DNA from: Acidimicrobiia bacterium
GTDB lineage: Bacteria; Actinomycetota; Acidimicrobiia; Spongiisociales; Spongiisociaceae
Length of the DNA stretch: 64,000 nt
Assembly (NCBI GenBank): GCA_009838635.1
Contig: VXRE01000049.1
Span: forward strand, 13,349 to 77,348
Direction: 5' to 3'
The position numbers and the translations under genes are program-made. Below the pieces are notes generated by a model that saw only the letters and a program-made list of their open reading frames with translations, had not been told where the DNA came from and ran no database searches. This document shows, in pieces, positions 27,550 to 36,842 of this stretch (its first letter is position 1; the number at the start of each line of letters is the position of its first letter).

Positions 27550-29802
27550 ATGGAACTGGGCCAGGCGCCGGTTCGGCTGGAGGACCTCCCGCTGATCACC
27601 GGCTCCGGCCGGTTTGTCGGCGACATGGTGGACGTCGGCACCCTCCACTGTGCTTTCGTGCGCAGCCCGGTCGCCCACGGCAGGCTGTTGCCTCCGGACC
27701 TCGGCGGCGCCCGGAGCCTTCCAGGCGTCGTCGCCGTCTTCGGCGCCCACGACCTCGGATTGCCGGACATGCCTTCGTCGCCCCATCCGGGCGCACCTGA
27801 GGCCGCCGGCATGGGCCAGCCGCCCCTGGCCCGCGACCGGGTGCGTTACGTGGGAGAGCCGGTTGCAGTGGTCGTTGCCGAGACGGCTGTCCAGGCGGTG
27901 GACGCCGCCGGGTCGGTGTGGATCGAGGCCGAGGAACTCCCCGCCGTGGACACCGACTCCGCGCTGGCGGGCGAGGTGCTGCTGTTCCCGGATACAGGCT
28001 CGAACATCGCCCACCGCGCCACGATCATGACCGAGGGACCCCGACCCGCTGCGGAGATCGAGGCTTCCGCAGAGGTGGACATTCCCAGGGTCTCGCCGGT
28101 GACCATCGAGCCCCTGGCCATACTCGCCCGTCCGGCGGGCTCCGGCCTCGAGGTCTGGTGTGGCCATCAGGCGCCCGCAGCGCTGTCGAGACAACTCGGA
28201 GCGATGCTGGGCATCGACCCGTCCAGCATCAGAGCGAGGGTTCCGGATGTGGGCGGGGCCTTCGGGACCAAGGGCCAGTTCTATCCGGAGTATCCCGTCG
28301 TGGCGGCCATAGCCCGGCGTCTGGCTAGGCCGACCGTCTGGCTCCAGAGCCGGACCGAGCAGCTCATGTGCGGTACCCATGGCCGAGCCCAGCACATCAC
28401 GATGCGGGTCGGCGGCGACCGTGACGGACGGATCCGCTACCTCGCCGCCGAGATAGTGGGCGATTCCGGGGCTTACCCGTGCGCCGGAGCGCGGGTTCCC
28501 TTCTACACCCTGCCCGTGATCCAAGGTCCTTACGACATCGAGCATCTCGAGGCCACCGCAACCGCGGTCGTCACCAGCAGGGCCCCGGTCGGCCCGTACC
28601 GTGGCGCCGGCAGGCCCGAGGCGGCCATCGCCATCGAACGGGCGGTGGATGCGTTCGCGCAGTGTGCCGGGTTGCTTCCCGAGGAGGTGCGGAGGCGCAA
28701 CTTCGTCGATCCGGCCGACTTCCCCTTCAGGAGCCACACCGGCTTCATCTACGACTCGGGTGATTACGTGGCCGCCCTGGAGCTGGCCATCGACACGGCC
28801 GACATGGCTCGGTGGCGGCAACTCCGGGCCGAACGGCGGGCCGGCGGGGGCGATCCCATCGGTATCGGTATCGGCTCGTTCATCGAGCGCGCCGGGGGCT
28901 CGGCCGGTTCGGGCGAGTACGGCAGGGTCGAGATCAGCCAGGACGGCGGTGTGGTCGTGAGGACCGGATCGACGCCCGCCGGCCAGGGACACCGTACGGT
29001 CTGGTCCCAGATAGCGGCAGGGGTGTTCTCCGTGCCCACCGAGGAGGTGACGGTCTACGCGGGGGACACGGGCGAGGTGGCAGGCGGTGTCGGAAGCTTC
29101 GCGAGCCGCTCCACCCAGCTCGGAGGCTCGGCGATCCTTCGAACGGCCATCGAGGTTCGCGCCCGCGCCCGGGCGGTCGCCGCCGGCATGCTCGAGGCGT
29201 CAGAGGCGGATCTCGTCCTGGTGGACGGGGGCTTCGGCGTCGCCGGCTCGCCGGGCACTACCGTCACGCTCGCCGAGGTTGCCGCCGAGGCGGCAGCCAC
29301 CGGCGTCGAGCTGGCGGCCGAGGAGATGTACACCGGCGCCACGCTGACCTTCCCCTTCGGAACCTACGTGGCAGTCGTCGAGGTGGAACGCGAGACGGGC
29401 GAGGTGGGCCTGCTGTCACTCGTAGCCGTCGATGACTGCGGCAACGTGCTGAATCCGATGATCGTCGAGGGCCAGGTACACGGCTCGGTCATGCAGGGCA
29501 TCGGGGAGGCGCTCCTGGAGGAGGTCGTGTACAACGCCGACGGGCAGCCCATCAACGCCAACCTGGCCGGTTACCTCGTGCCCACGGCCACCCAGCCCCT
29601 CCCGCTGATCGCGCGGCGGACCACCACTCCGGCCCCCGGCAATCCTCTCGGCGTCAAGGGAACCGGCGAGGCCGGTTGCATCGGGGCACCTCCGGCGATC
29701 CTGAACGCCGCGCACGACGCCCTGCGCGACGACGGGGTGACATCCTTGGACTTCCCACTCACACCCGCCCGAGTGTGGGAGGCCATCCGCTCGGCCCGAT
29801 AG
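27550..29802 (+). CDS. Xanthine-dehydrogenase/aldehyde-oxidase family molybdopterin-binding large subunit (CoxL-like, form-II type)
   Basis: It is 750 aa, with the form-II-type loop PYRGAGRPE and a molybdopterin-binding fold. No cognate small or medium subunit gene is adjacent. Confidence 0.8.
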   Translation: MELGQAPVRLEDLPLITGSGRFVGDMVDVGTLHCAFVRSPVAHGRLLPPDLGGARSLPGVVAVFGAHDLGLPDMPSSPHPGAPEAAGMGQPPLARDRVRYVGEPVAVVVAETAVQAVDAAGSVWIEAEELPAVDTDSALAGEVLLFPDTGSNIAHRATIMTEGPRPAAEIEASAEVDIPRVSPVTIEPLAILARPAGSGLEVWCGHQAPAALSRQLGAMLGIDPSSIRARVPDVGGAFGTKGQFYPEYPVVAAIARRLARPTVWLQSRTEQLMCGTHGRAQHITMRVGGDRDGRIRYLAAEIVGDSGAYPCAGARVPFYTLPVIQGPYDIEHLEATATAVVTSRAPVGPYRGAGRPEAAIAIERAVDAFAQCAGLLPEEVRRRNFVDPADFPFRSHTGFIYDSGDYVAALELAIDTADMARWRQLRAERRAGGGDPIGIGIGSFIERAGGSAGSGEYGRVEISQDGGVVVRTGSTPAGQGHRTVWSQIAAGVFSVPTEEVTVYAGDTGEVAGGVGSFASRSTQLGGSAILRTAIEVRARARAVAAGMLEASEADLVLVDGGFGVAGSPGTTVTLAEVAAEAAATGVELAAEEMYTGATLTFPFGTYVAVVEVERETGEVGLLSLVAVDDCGNVLNPMIVEGQVHGSVMQGIGEALLEEVVYNADGQPINANLAGYLVPTATQPLPLIARRTTTPAPGNPLGVKGTGEAGCIGAPPAILNAAHDALRDDGVTSLDFPLTPARVWEAIRSAR

Positions 29803-29812
29803 ATCAGCCCCC

Positions 29813-30877
29813 CTACCAGTCTCCTTCCGCGACACTCAGGACGATCTTGCCGACGTTGCGCCTCGAGCCCAGGTCGGCGTAGGCCGCGCGAATGTCGCCG
29901 AGGGGTCGGACCGAGTCGATCGCCGGATCGATGCGGCCTGCTCCGGCCAGGTCGATGCACCGCCGCATCCCCCGCCGCGTGGATCCCGCGCTTCCGTATA
30001 TCGCCACCCGCGACCGGAACAGCCAGTTGTTGTTGAGTTGGACCATCGGGCCGGCGTGCGACCCGCAGACCACCACCCGGGCCCGGTTCCGGAGTGTCTT
30101 GAGCACCTCTTTCCACACGTCCGGGTTGCTGGCAGGATCGAGGAAGAGGGTGACGCCCTCGGGAACGATGCCGCGGATCCGGCCTGCGAAGTCGGGCTCG
30201 GCGGTGTAGTCGACGGTGGCGTCCGCACCGGCTACGGCCGCCCGCGCCGCCCGATCAGGCGAGCCGGCCGCACCGATGACGAACGCACCGGCCAGCTTGG
30301 CGAGCTGGACCGCGGCGGAACCGATGGCGCCGGATGCGCCCGCCACCATGACCACATCGTCCCTGGTCAGTCCTACCCGGGTGAACATCTGCTCCGCGAC
30401 GGGAAACGAGTGGGCCAGTGCGGTCGCCTTCGCGTGGCTCAGACCGGATGAGACGGGGAACACGCTGCGCTCGGGCACCGTCACGTACTCCGCATGTCCA
30501 CCCCACCGGTGGACGCCCACGTTATGGAGGGAGGGACAGGAGTCGTCCTCGCCTCGAGCGCAGAATTCGCAGGCATCGCAAGCGATCGGAGGTTTGACGA
30601 CCACCCGCCGGCCGATCGCGAGGGAAGTGACCCGGGAACCGTGCCCGGCAACCACCCCCGATGGATCTATCCCCATCACGTGCGGAAACGAGAGGTTCGC
30701 CATATGGGCCCGGCCCGACATGGTGAAGAGATCCTGGTGGTTCACGGCCACCGTCCGGACCCGGATCAGCACCTCGTCCTCCGCCGGTTCCGGTACCGGC
30801 AGGTTGGTGTCCATGATGCAGTGGGGCCCTCCGAGCTCCGCCAGCGCCATGGCTCGCATGGTCTTCGGGAGGGTCAC
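29813..30877 (-). CDS. Zinc-binding alcohol dehydrogenase / MDR-family oxidoreductase
   Basis: A GroES-like N-terminus with catalytic-zinc Cys and structural-zinc ligands (CDACEFCARGEDDSC) and a Rossmann motif VAGASGAIGS are present. Confidence 0.75.
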   Translation of the reverse strand: MTLPKTMRAMALAELGGPHCIMDTNLPVPEPAEDEVLIRVRTVAVNHQDLFTMSGRAHMANLSFPHVMGIDPSGVVAGHGSRVTSLAIGRRVVVKPPIACDACEFCARGEDDSCPSLHNVGVHRWGGHAEYVTVPERSVFPVSSGLSHAKATALAHSFPVAEQMFTRVGLTRDDVVMVAGASGAIGSAAVQLAKLAGAFVIGAAGSPDRAARAAVAGADATVDYTAEPDFAGRIRGIVPEGVTLFLDPASNPDVWKEVLKTLRNRARVVVCGSHAGPMVQLNNNWLFRSRVAIYGSAGSTRRGMRRCIDLAGAGRIDPAIDSVRPLGDIRAAYADLGSRRNVGKIVLSVAEGDW

Positions 30878-30997
30878 GCGATTCCCCGCGAGAGTTGGGT
30901 CATCGGCCTCGAATCCGGTCGTAGCAGCGGTTCACGATTCTTGACGATACCGTGGGGAGATCTGCCTTCGGAGCCGGCCACTTCCCGGGGCAGGCGG

Positions 30998-32425
30998 TCA
31001 TGCCCGGTCCCCCTCGGGCTTCGTGATGAGAGTGCGCGCCGTCATGATGACCCCTGCCAGGGCCACGGCAGCCAGCCCGGCTTCGCCCACGGGGAATCCC
31101 GAGCCCAGGAGCGGGACGGACAGGTCACGCTGGATGATCCCGGTTGTCACCGCCCCGCCCGATGATCCGCCGAGGAAGAAGCCGAGGTAGAAGATCCCGA
31201 TGGCGATCGACTGGGATGGACCGTCGAAGCGCTTCGTCACCGCATCGACCAGCGGAGGGGTCAACAGTCCGAACCCGATGCCGAGCGGTATCACCAGTAT
31301 CGCCACCAAGCCGGGGCCGCGGTCGACTCCCAGGGCGGCCAGCAGCCCGGTTCCCGCCAGAAGGAACAGCAGCGAGACCAGCGTCGTGCCCATGTAGCCC
31401 AGCCTCCGTGAGGCAAGCCTGGTAGTCGTGGACGCCAGGGAGATCGACGCCGCGGCGGGGACGATGACCAGGCCGATACCCACGGCATCTATCTCGTGGG
31501 CCCGGGACAGGGCCGATGGCAGGGCGATGATGGTACCGAGATAGGCGGCGCTTCCCACGAAGGCGGCGATCGCCAGAGGGAGGAACTTCCGGTCAGACAG
31601 CACCGACATGGGTACGAACGGGGCCGGATGGCGCTTCGACCTGGAAGCGGTGAGCAAGCCGCCCAGAACGGCGACTATCACGGCGCCCCCGGTCAGGAGC
31701 GTGGCGCCGTCTAACGGGAACCGGTTGACGGCAAAGACCAAACCGCCGATCAGGAGCAGGACCGAGCCCGCACCCGCGTAGTCCAGGTGGTGGTCGGGGT
31801 CACCGCGCTGGGGCAGGTCGTACCAGATGAACGCCGCGACGGGTGAGGCCAGCATCCCGACCCCCACCGCGGCCCGCCAGCTGATGAGGTCCACCAGCAG
31901 ACCGCCGATCATCGGTCCGAGGGCCTGAGCGACTCCCACCACCGCGGTGATGATCCCGTAGGCGAACTGGCGCCGCTCCGGGGGGTACCTGGTTGCGAGG
32001 ATGGCGACCGACAGGGTCGGGATAGCCCCTGAACCCGCCCCCTGGATCACCCGCGCCGCGATCACCACCTGCAGGGTCGGGGCCACGACCGCCACCAGGG
32101 AGCCGAACGCAAGGAGCAGGATCCCGAACGAGAGGGTTCTTCCCAGCCCGAACCGGGCCGCCAGCCGCCCGTACAGAGCGGTGGCTATGGCGAACATCGC
32201 CGAGTAACCGAAGACCACCCACCCCACGTCCGCCGGCCCGGCCGCGAACGTCTGGGCGATGGCGGGTTGGGAGACGGCCGAGGCCGTCGTATTGGCCACG
32301 GTGAGGAACACGGCCGCCCCGAGCATGGTCAGGATGGCAGTCGCCGACAGCCGGCCCCTAACGGTATCCACGCTACATGTCCGTTCCGGCCCGCTCAAAC
32401 AGATCCGGCTCGAGCGGACCCGCAT
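30998..32425 (-). CDS. MFS transporter (DHA2/EmrB-like, about 14 TM)
   Basis: It is hydrophobic throughout and has the MFS motif GRLAARFGLGRT. The true start is probably downstream of the listed one (MLGAAVFL...). Confidence 0.7.
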   Translation of the reverse strand: MRVRSSRICLSGPERTCSVDTVRGRLSATAILTMLGAAVFLTVANTTASAVSQPAIAQTFAAGPADVGWVVFGYSAMFAIATALYGRLAARFGLGRTLSFGILLLAFGSLVAVVAPTLQVVIAARVIQGAGSGAIPTLSVAILATRYPPERRQFAYGIITAVVGVAQALGPMIGGLLVDLISWRAAVGVGMLASPVAAFIWYDLPQRGDPDHHLDYAGAGSVLLLIGGLVFAVNRFPLDGATLLTGGAVIVAVLGGLLTASRSKRHPAPFVPMSVLSDRKFLPLAIAAFVGSAAYLGTIIALPSALSRAHEIDAVGIGLVIVPAAASISLASTTTRLASRRLGYMGTTLVSLLFLLAGTGLLAALGVDRGPGLVAILVIPLGIGFGLLTPPLVDAVTKRFDGPSQSIAIGIFYLGFFLGGSSGGAVTTGIIQRDLSVPLLGSGFPVGEAGLAAVALAGVIMTARTLITKPEGDRA

Positions 32426-32505
32426 CCACTCCCGTGTCAGCGACCGAGCGAGAGAGCCGATGGGTATCCGGGCTTCCAGTGGCCGCTATCGGTGCCTCCG
32501 CTAGT

Positions 32506-32529
32506 CTGTATACAGAGCACTGTATACAG
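32506..32529. promoter_or_regulatory. Two tandem copies of the perfect 10-bp palindrome CTGTATACAG separated by 4 bp, in the divergent promoter region between the MFS gene and the ABC ATPase gene. I interpret this as a putative operator.
   Basis: Read directly: CTGTATACAG AGCA CTGTATACAG at 32506-32529. Related GTATACA-core palindromes occur at 19392-19402, 42879-42888 and 57560-57569. Confidence 0.5.
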
Positions 32530-32595
32530 TGGCTGTCGGGTGTGTGCTGACCGCACGACCGCCTTCGCTCCATTGGTTCGAGTAGGAGACCGCCG

Positions 32596-33414
32596 GTGGC
32601 TAGACCGAAGATCGAGATAGCACACGTCGACAAGTTCTATCGAAAGACCGGTACGCCCCCGAAGCGCCTGAGCCGGCGGGGACGGACGCACGGGACGGTT
32701 CAGGCCCTGCGCGACGCCAGCCTGACCGTGGCCGAGGGCGAGTTCGTCAGCCTCATCGGTCCGAGCGGATGCGGCAAGACCACCCTGCTAAAGGTCTTGG
32801 ACGGCTTGGTCCCTTACGATTCCGGTGAGGTCAGAGTCTCGGGCAAGCCCGTTACCGGGCCCGGCCGGGATCGCGCCTTCGTGTTCCAGCAGTTCGGGCT
32901 CTTTCCGTGGCGAACCGTGACGGGGAACGTGACGCTCCCCTTGGAGGCTGCCGGGAAGTCAAGGGCGGAGCGCGAGGACATTGCTTGGAAGTACATAAGG
33001 ATGGTGGGACTGGAGGGCTTCGCCAACCACCATCCCCATGAACTGTCCGGCGGTATGCAGCAGCGGGTGGGAATCGCTCGCGCCCTGGCGGTAGATCCCG
33101 AGATACTGCTCATGGACGAGCCGTTCGGCGCTCTCGACGCGCAGACCCGCGAGTTGATGCAGATAGAACTGCTCGGGATCTGGGAGAAGACCCGCAAGAC
33201 GGTGGTGTTCGTCACCCATAGCGTGGACGAGGCGATCTTCCTGTCCGGGCGGATAGCAGTCATGTCGGCGCACCCGGGCACGGTGAGCGAGGTCATAGAC
33301 GTCCCCTTCCCGTACCCGAGGACCGAGGGGGACCTGAAGCGGGATCCCTTGTTCGCCGACATGCGGCACGACATCTGGAACAAGCTACTGCCGCACAAGA
33401 CCGCCACCGTCTGA
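32596..33414 (+). CDS. ABC transporter ATP-binding protein, NitT/TauT (sulfonate/nitrate/taurine) family
   Basis: Walker [10 protein letters not shown], the signature [15 protein letters not shown], and Walker [12 protein letters not shown] are present. Length is 272 aa. Confidence 0.85.
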   Translation: MARPKIEIAHVDKFYRKTGTPPKRLSRRGRTHGTVQALRDASLTVAEGEFVSLIGPSGCGKTTLLKVLDGLVPYDSGEVRVSGKPVTGPGRDRAFVFQQFGLFPWRTVTGNVTLPLEAAGKSRAEREDIAWKYIRMVGLEGFANHHPHELSGGMQQRVGIARALAVDPEILLMDEPFGALDAQTRELMQIELLGIWEKTRKTVVFVTHSVDEAIFLSGRIAVMSAHPGTVSEVIDVPFPYPRTEGDLKRDPLFADMRHDIWNKLLPHKTATV

Positions 33415-33457
33415 CGGGATCGCTCCGGCGAGCGGATACGGCGACATCCCCTTCCGA

Positions 33458-33832
33458 CTAGGCCTCGCCCTTTGCGGCTAGCTGTCCCTCCGGCTGGAGG
33501 GGCGGGACCCAGTTCAACACCTTCTCCAGGTTGACGAGATAGTCCGCGAAGGCCCGGCGGCCCGAAGGCGTGGCCGTCACCCATGTGGAGGGCTTCTCGT
33601 TCCGGAACTCCTTGGTGATCGCGACGTAACCGGTGTCCCGGAGCTTGCGCAGGTGGATGGTGAGGTTCCCACCGGTCACATCCAGAGTTCTCTGGATGAA
33701 CGTGTAGGCCACCCGACCGTTGCCCGGCTGGGAGACCAGCAGGGTCATTATCCGCAAACGGACGGGCTGATGGATGATCTGGTCGAGGTCGACGGACTCG
33801 CTGGTCACCGGATCCCGATCCTGCGCAACCAC
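33458..33832 (-). CDS. Small winged-helix transcriptional regulator (ArsR/HTH_45-like)
   Basis: It is 124 aa. Its predicted wHTH is IHQPVRLRIMTLL...GNLTIHLRKLRDTGYV. It overlaps the 3' end of the upstream membrane-protein gene by 28 nt. Confidence 0.5.
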   Translation of the reverse strand: MVAQDRDPVTSESVDLDQIIHQPVRLRIMTLLVSQPGNGRVAYTFIQRTLDVTGGNLTIHLRKLRDTGYVAITKEFRNEKPSTWVTATPSGRRAFADYLVNLEKVLNWVPPLQPEGQLAAKGEA

Positions 33833-34449
33833 ACCGCTCCCCCGCCCACTACCGCCAGGGTCGCCACCGCCGAGACCACCAGTGCGGCGTCACCCGCCAG
33901 GAAGCTGGGTACGTAGTAGGCGGCGGCTATCCCGGCGCCGACGGCTGCCAGCGCCGGCCGGGTCATCATGCCGTAGAGAATGTAGCCCAGGGCCACTATC
34001 CCGATGGCCACGTGGGGGATTCGAGGGCCGAGCTCGTCATTCCACATCCCCGCGGCTGCCGGAATGAACCAGGCCGCCACCGCCACCGCCATCCAGAAGC
34101 CGAAGACCCGGAGACCGACCGCCCGGCTGGCCTCCCTCGACACGTTCCTGCTCCCTGCCCGGTGCCCGATGATGGCGCTCCCGACGATCCCGGCCACGAT
34201 CAGGACGCCGAACAGCGGCACCACCACCCACGGTCTCTGCTCCACCAGATCGGCGCCCCCGGTCTGGAGCCAGTATGAGAAGAGATACGCCACCGCGGTG
34301 ATACCTCCCCACAGCAGCAGGATGGGGGAGGTCCCGGCGAGGTACATCGAACTCCTCGCCCTGTCCATGGTGGTGTGGATGGATCCCCAACTCTCTTGAG
34401 GGGTGAGGGCGGACCCTCCACTTTCCGAGCCTGACATCGAGACCTCCAT
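33805..34449 (-). CDS. Hypothetical integral membrane protein (about 6 TM)
   Basis: It has coding-like composition and several hydrophobic helices. It is co-transcribed with the wHTH regulator and preceded by the TTTGTAATACAAA palindrome. Confidence 0.45.
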   Translation of the reverse strand: MEVSMSGSESGGSALTPQESWGSIHTTMDRARSSMYLAGTSPILLLWGGITAVAYLFSYWLQTGGADLVEQRPWVVVPLFGVLIVAGIVGSAIIGHRAGSRNVSREASRAVGLRVFGFWMAVAVAAWFIPAAAGMWNDELGPRIPHVAIGIVALGYILYGMMTRPALAAVGAGIAAAYYVPSFLAGDAALVVSAVATLAVVGGGAVWLRRIGIR

Positions 34450-34453
34450 CTAG

Positions 34454-34466
34454 TTTGTAATACAAA
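34454..34466. promoter_or_regulatory. 13-bp palindrome TTTGTAATACAAA immediately upstream of the membrane-protein/wHTH-regulator operon. I interpret this as a putative autoregulatory operator.
   Basis: Read directly at 34454-34466, within a 118-bp low-GC intergenic region. Confidence 0.4.
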
Positions 34467-34567
34467 GTAGTTTATCCGGAAGGGAACTCTGGTGTCAAGT
34501 TGTCTCCAGAAGGGAGGGGCGCATCGAGCACGACCGGAAGCCGGCGGATCCGGTTGAGGTGGACGAC

Positions 34568-35531
34568 CTATTCGGAGGTGTCCGCGGCGCCTCCTGTGAC
34601 GCCCTGACGGCGCGGCGGCGTGACCTCGAAGGTGAAGAGGTCGGACCGGCTGTAGTGACCGGCCACGTCCAGGTCGAACTTGCCCCTGATCGTGTCGGTC
34701 AGGTCGATCTCGGCGGTCAGGATCGCCTCGCTCCCGTAGTGGGGCCCGGCGAGGACCTCACCGAACGGATCGACGATGCAACTCCCACCCGGGGTGATCA
34801 CACCGTCGGGCGCTTCGCCGAATACGGACCGGTAGTCGGCGGGATAGTCCGCACGGGTCGCGTACTGGTTGGCCGAGAGCACGTAGCACCGGCCCTCCAC
34901 CGCGATGTGCCGCATGGAAGCGGTCCAACTGTCCCTGGCGTCGGCGGTCGGAGCACACCACACCTGGATGTCCTGCCGGTAGAGGGAGTAACGGAGCAGC
35001 GGCATGTAGTTCTCCCAGCAGACGGCGGCGCCCAGGTTGCCGTGCCGGGTCGGGTGGACCTGGAGCGTCGATCCGTCTCCGAACCCCCAGATCAGCCGTT
35101 CGGAACCGGTCGGCATCACCTTGCGGTGCTTGGCGTACATGCCCTCCACCGGCGCGAAGAACAGCACCGAGCAGTACAGGGTGCTCCCGCCGCGCTCGAT
35201 CACCCCGATCACGATGTCCATCGCCAGATCGGATGACAATTCGACAAGCCGGTCGGTGACCGGACCGGGCACGTCGATCGCCGACTGCCAGTAGCGGAGG
35301 AACATATCCCGGCCCGCCTCGCTCCGCGACCCGACCACCGCCCCGAAGTCCAGGCCCCGCGGGTACGCGGAGAAGAAGGCCTCGGGGAACACCGCCAAGT
35401 CCGCGCCCTCCGACCGGGTGCGGGTAGCCAGATCGGCTGTCTTCCGATAGCGTGGCCTCCGGATCGAATCCAACCGGCGCCGCCTGCACCACCGCGGCGA
35501 CGAACTTGGATCCAGCCGGGCGTTCAGCCAT
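34568..35531 (-). pseudogene. Nitrilase/cyanide-hydratase family carbon-nitrogen hydrolase, interrupted by a +1/-1 frameshift near codon 30
   Basis: The ATG at 35531 gives MAERPAGSKFVAAVVQAAPVGFDPEATLSEDS. After 35440-35450 the homology continues in another frame: RKTADLATRTRSEGADLAVFPEAFF...CWENYMPLL, carrying the Glu, Lys and Cys of the catalytic triad. This could be a sequencing error or a genuine pseudogene. Confidence 0.55.
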
Positions 35532-35624
35532 CGGAGCAATCGTTATGATCGGCGACCGACATTTCCGAGAGGCTAATACCGGCCGGCCGCAGGCTCGATC
35601 GGAGAGAACTGCCAGGAGGTTCCC

Positions 35625-36635
35625 GTGGGCACCCGAAGCGTCAGCCGGACCAGATCCTTCCGGGACGAGGACCGCTGGGTAGAGGTCGAGGGCGCCACCC
35701 TGGCCGGGACCCTGACCCTGCCCGCCGGCGAAGGTCCTTGGCCGGTGACCCTCCTGCTTGGAGGGACGTTCTCGGATCTCAGGGATGCTGATGTGGATCC
35801 GCGGCTGTGGCCCGGAGTCCCCAAGCGCCACATGTACGCCATCCTCGCCCGCGGTCTGGCGGGGGCGGGCATCGCCTCCTTCCGCTTCGACCGGAGGGGC
35901 GCCGGCGAGAGCAAGGGCGAGCTGGGAGTCCGGCGGGGCCAGGAGGTTGCCGACGCCGGGGCCGTGTGGCGATGGGTCCGGTCCCTGCCGGAGTGCAACG
36001 GCAGGGCGGCCATGCTGGGCCACAGCGCCGGCGCGTACGTGCTCTGCCGGGTGGCGCTCGAAGAGGGGCAGCCCGACGCGGCGGTGTTGCAGGGCGCCCT
36101 CTACCGGTCGATCGCGGCGTTGCTCGAGTACAACTACCGCCTGATTCGTGATTACATGCGCCTCGGCGAGTCCGAGGTGGCGTGGGTGAAGGAGCACTCC
36201 CCCAAGGCCTACGAGGATGCGATGATGATGCCAGCCATCGTCACCGCGATCGAGAACCGCGAGCCGCCGCTGGCGACGGCGGAGGTCGACGGTGTGACCA
36301 GGACCCGCGACCTGTCGAGCCTGCGGTACGACCTGGACCTTCCTCCCGAGGACCAGTTCCGCCACCTGGCCGCCCCCGCCCTCGTGCTGCACGGCGCCGA
36401 GGACCTGAACGTACCCACAGAAGACGCCTTCGAGACGGCGCGAGCCCTATGGGCCGCCGGGAACAGGGATGTCGAACTGCGGGTGATCCCGGGCGCCAAC
36501 CACTCCTTCCAGCTGGACGCCGATGACTACGCCACCCGGGTGCGGGAGAAGATCACGATGAAGAACTTCGGCCGCCCTTTCCACCAGCAATATCCCGGCG
36601 TGGTGATCGACTACCTGGCAAGAAAGCTCCTCTGA
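35625..36635 (+). CDS. Alpha/beta-fold hydrolase
   Basis: The nucleophile elbow is LGHSAGAY. A GTG start is preceded by AGGAGG, and length is 336 aa. Confidence 0.65.
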   Translation: MGTRSVSRTRSFRDEDRWVEVEGATLAGTLTLPAGEGPWPVTLLLGGTFSDLRDADVDPRLWPGVPKRHMYAILARGLAGAGIASFRFDRRGAGESKGELGVRRGQEVADAGAVWRWVRSLPECNGRAAMLGHSAGAYVLCRVALEEGQPDAAVLQGALYRSIAALLEYNYRLIRDYMRLGESEVAWVKEHSPKAYEDAMMMPAIVTAIENREPPLATAEVDGVTRTRDLSSLRYDLDLPPEDQFRHLAAPALVLHGAEDLNVPTEDAFETARALWAAGNRDVELRVIPGANHSFQLDADDYATRVREKITMKNFGRPFHQQYPGVVIDYLARKLL

Positions 36636-36701
36636 CCCTCACCGTTGATCATCAGACGAAGCCGGCCGTCAACCCCTGACTCTCCCCACGACGGGCAGAA
36701 C

Positions 36702-36796
36702 CGGCATCAAGCCCCGCGCAGAGACGGCACCAGAACATGCGCAGAATCGGCATCGAAACATGCGCCAGAGCGGCATCTAGACCTGCGCAGGCAGAG
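36702..36796. repeat. Four tandem imperfect direct repeats with a 23-bp period (CGGCATC-N8-GCGCAG-like) in the intergenic region between convergent genes
   Basis: Read directly. The four units are cggcatcaagccccgcgcagaga, cggcaccagaacatgcgcagaat, cggcatcgaaacatgcgccagag and cggcatctagacctgcgcaggcagag. Confidence 0.6.
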
Positions 36797-36842
36797 TCCC
36801 GTGTCGGTGGCTTGGTCCAGGTCCGTCCCCGAGGCCCCGTCT

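Noticed and set aside
33415-33457. CGCTCCGGCGAGCG hairpin between the convergent ABC ATPase and wHTH regulator genes, as a possible terminator
   Set aside because: The stem is only 5 bp and there is no U-tract. It is plausible, but too weak to annotate as a terminator.
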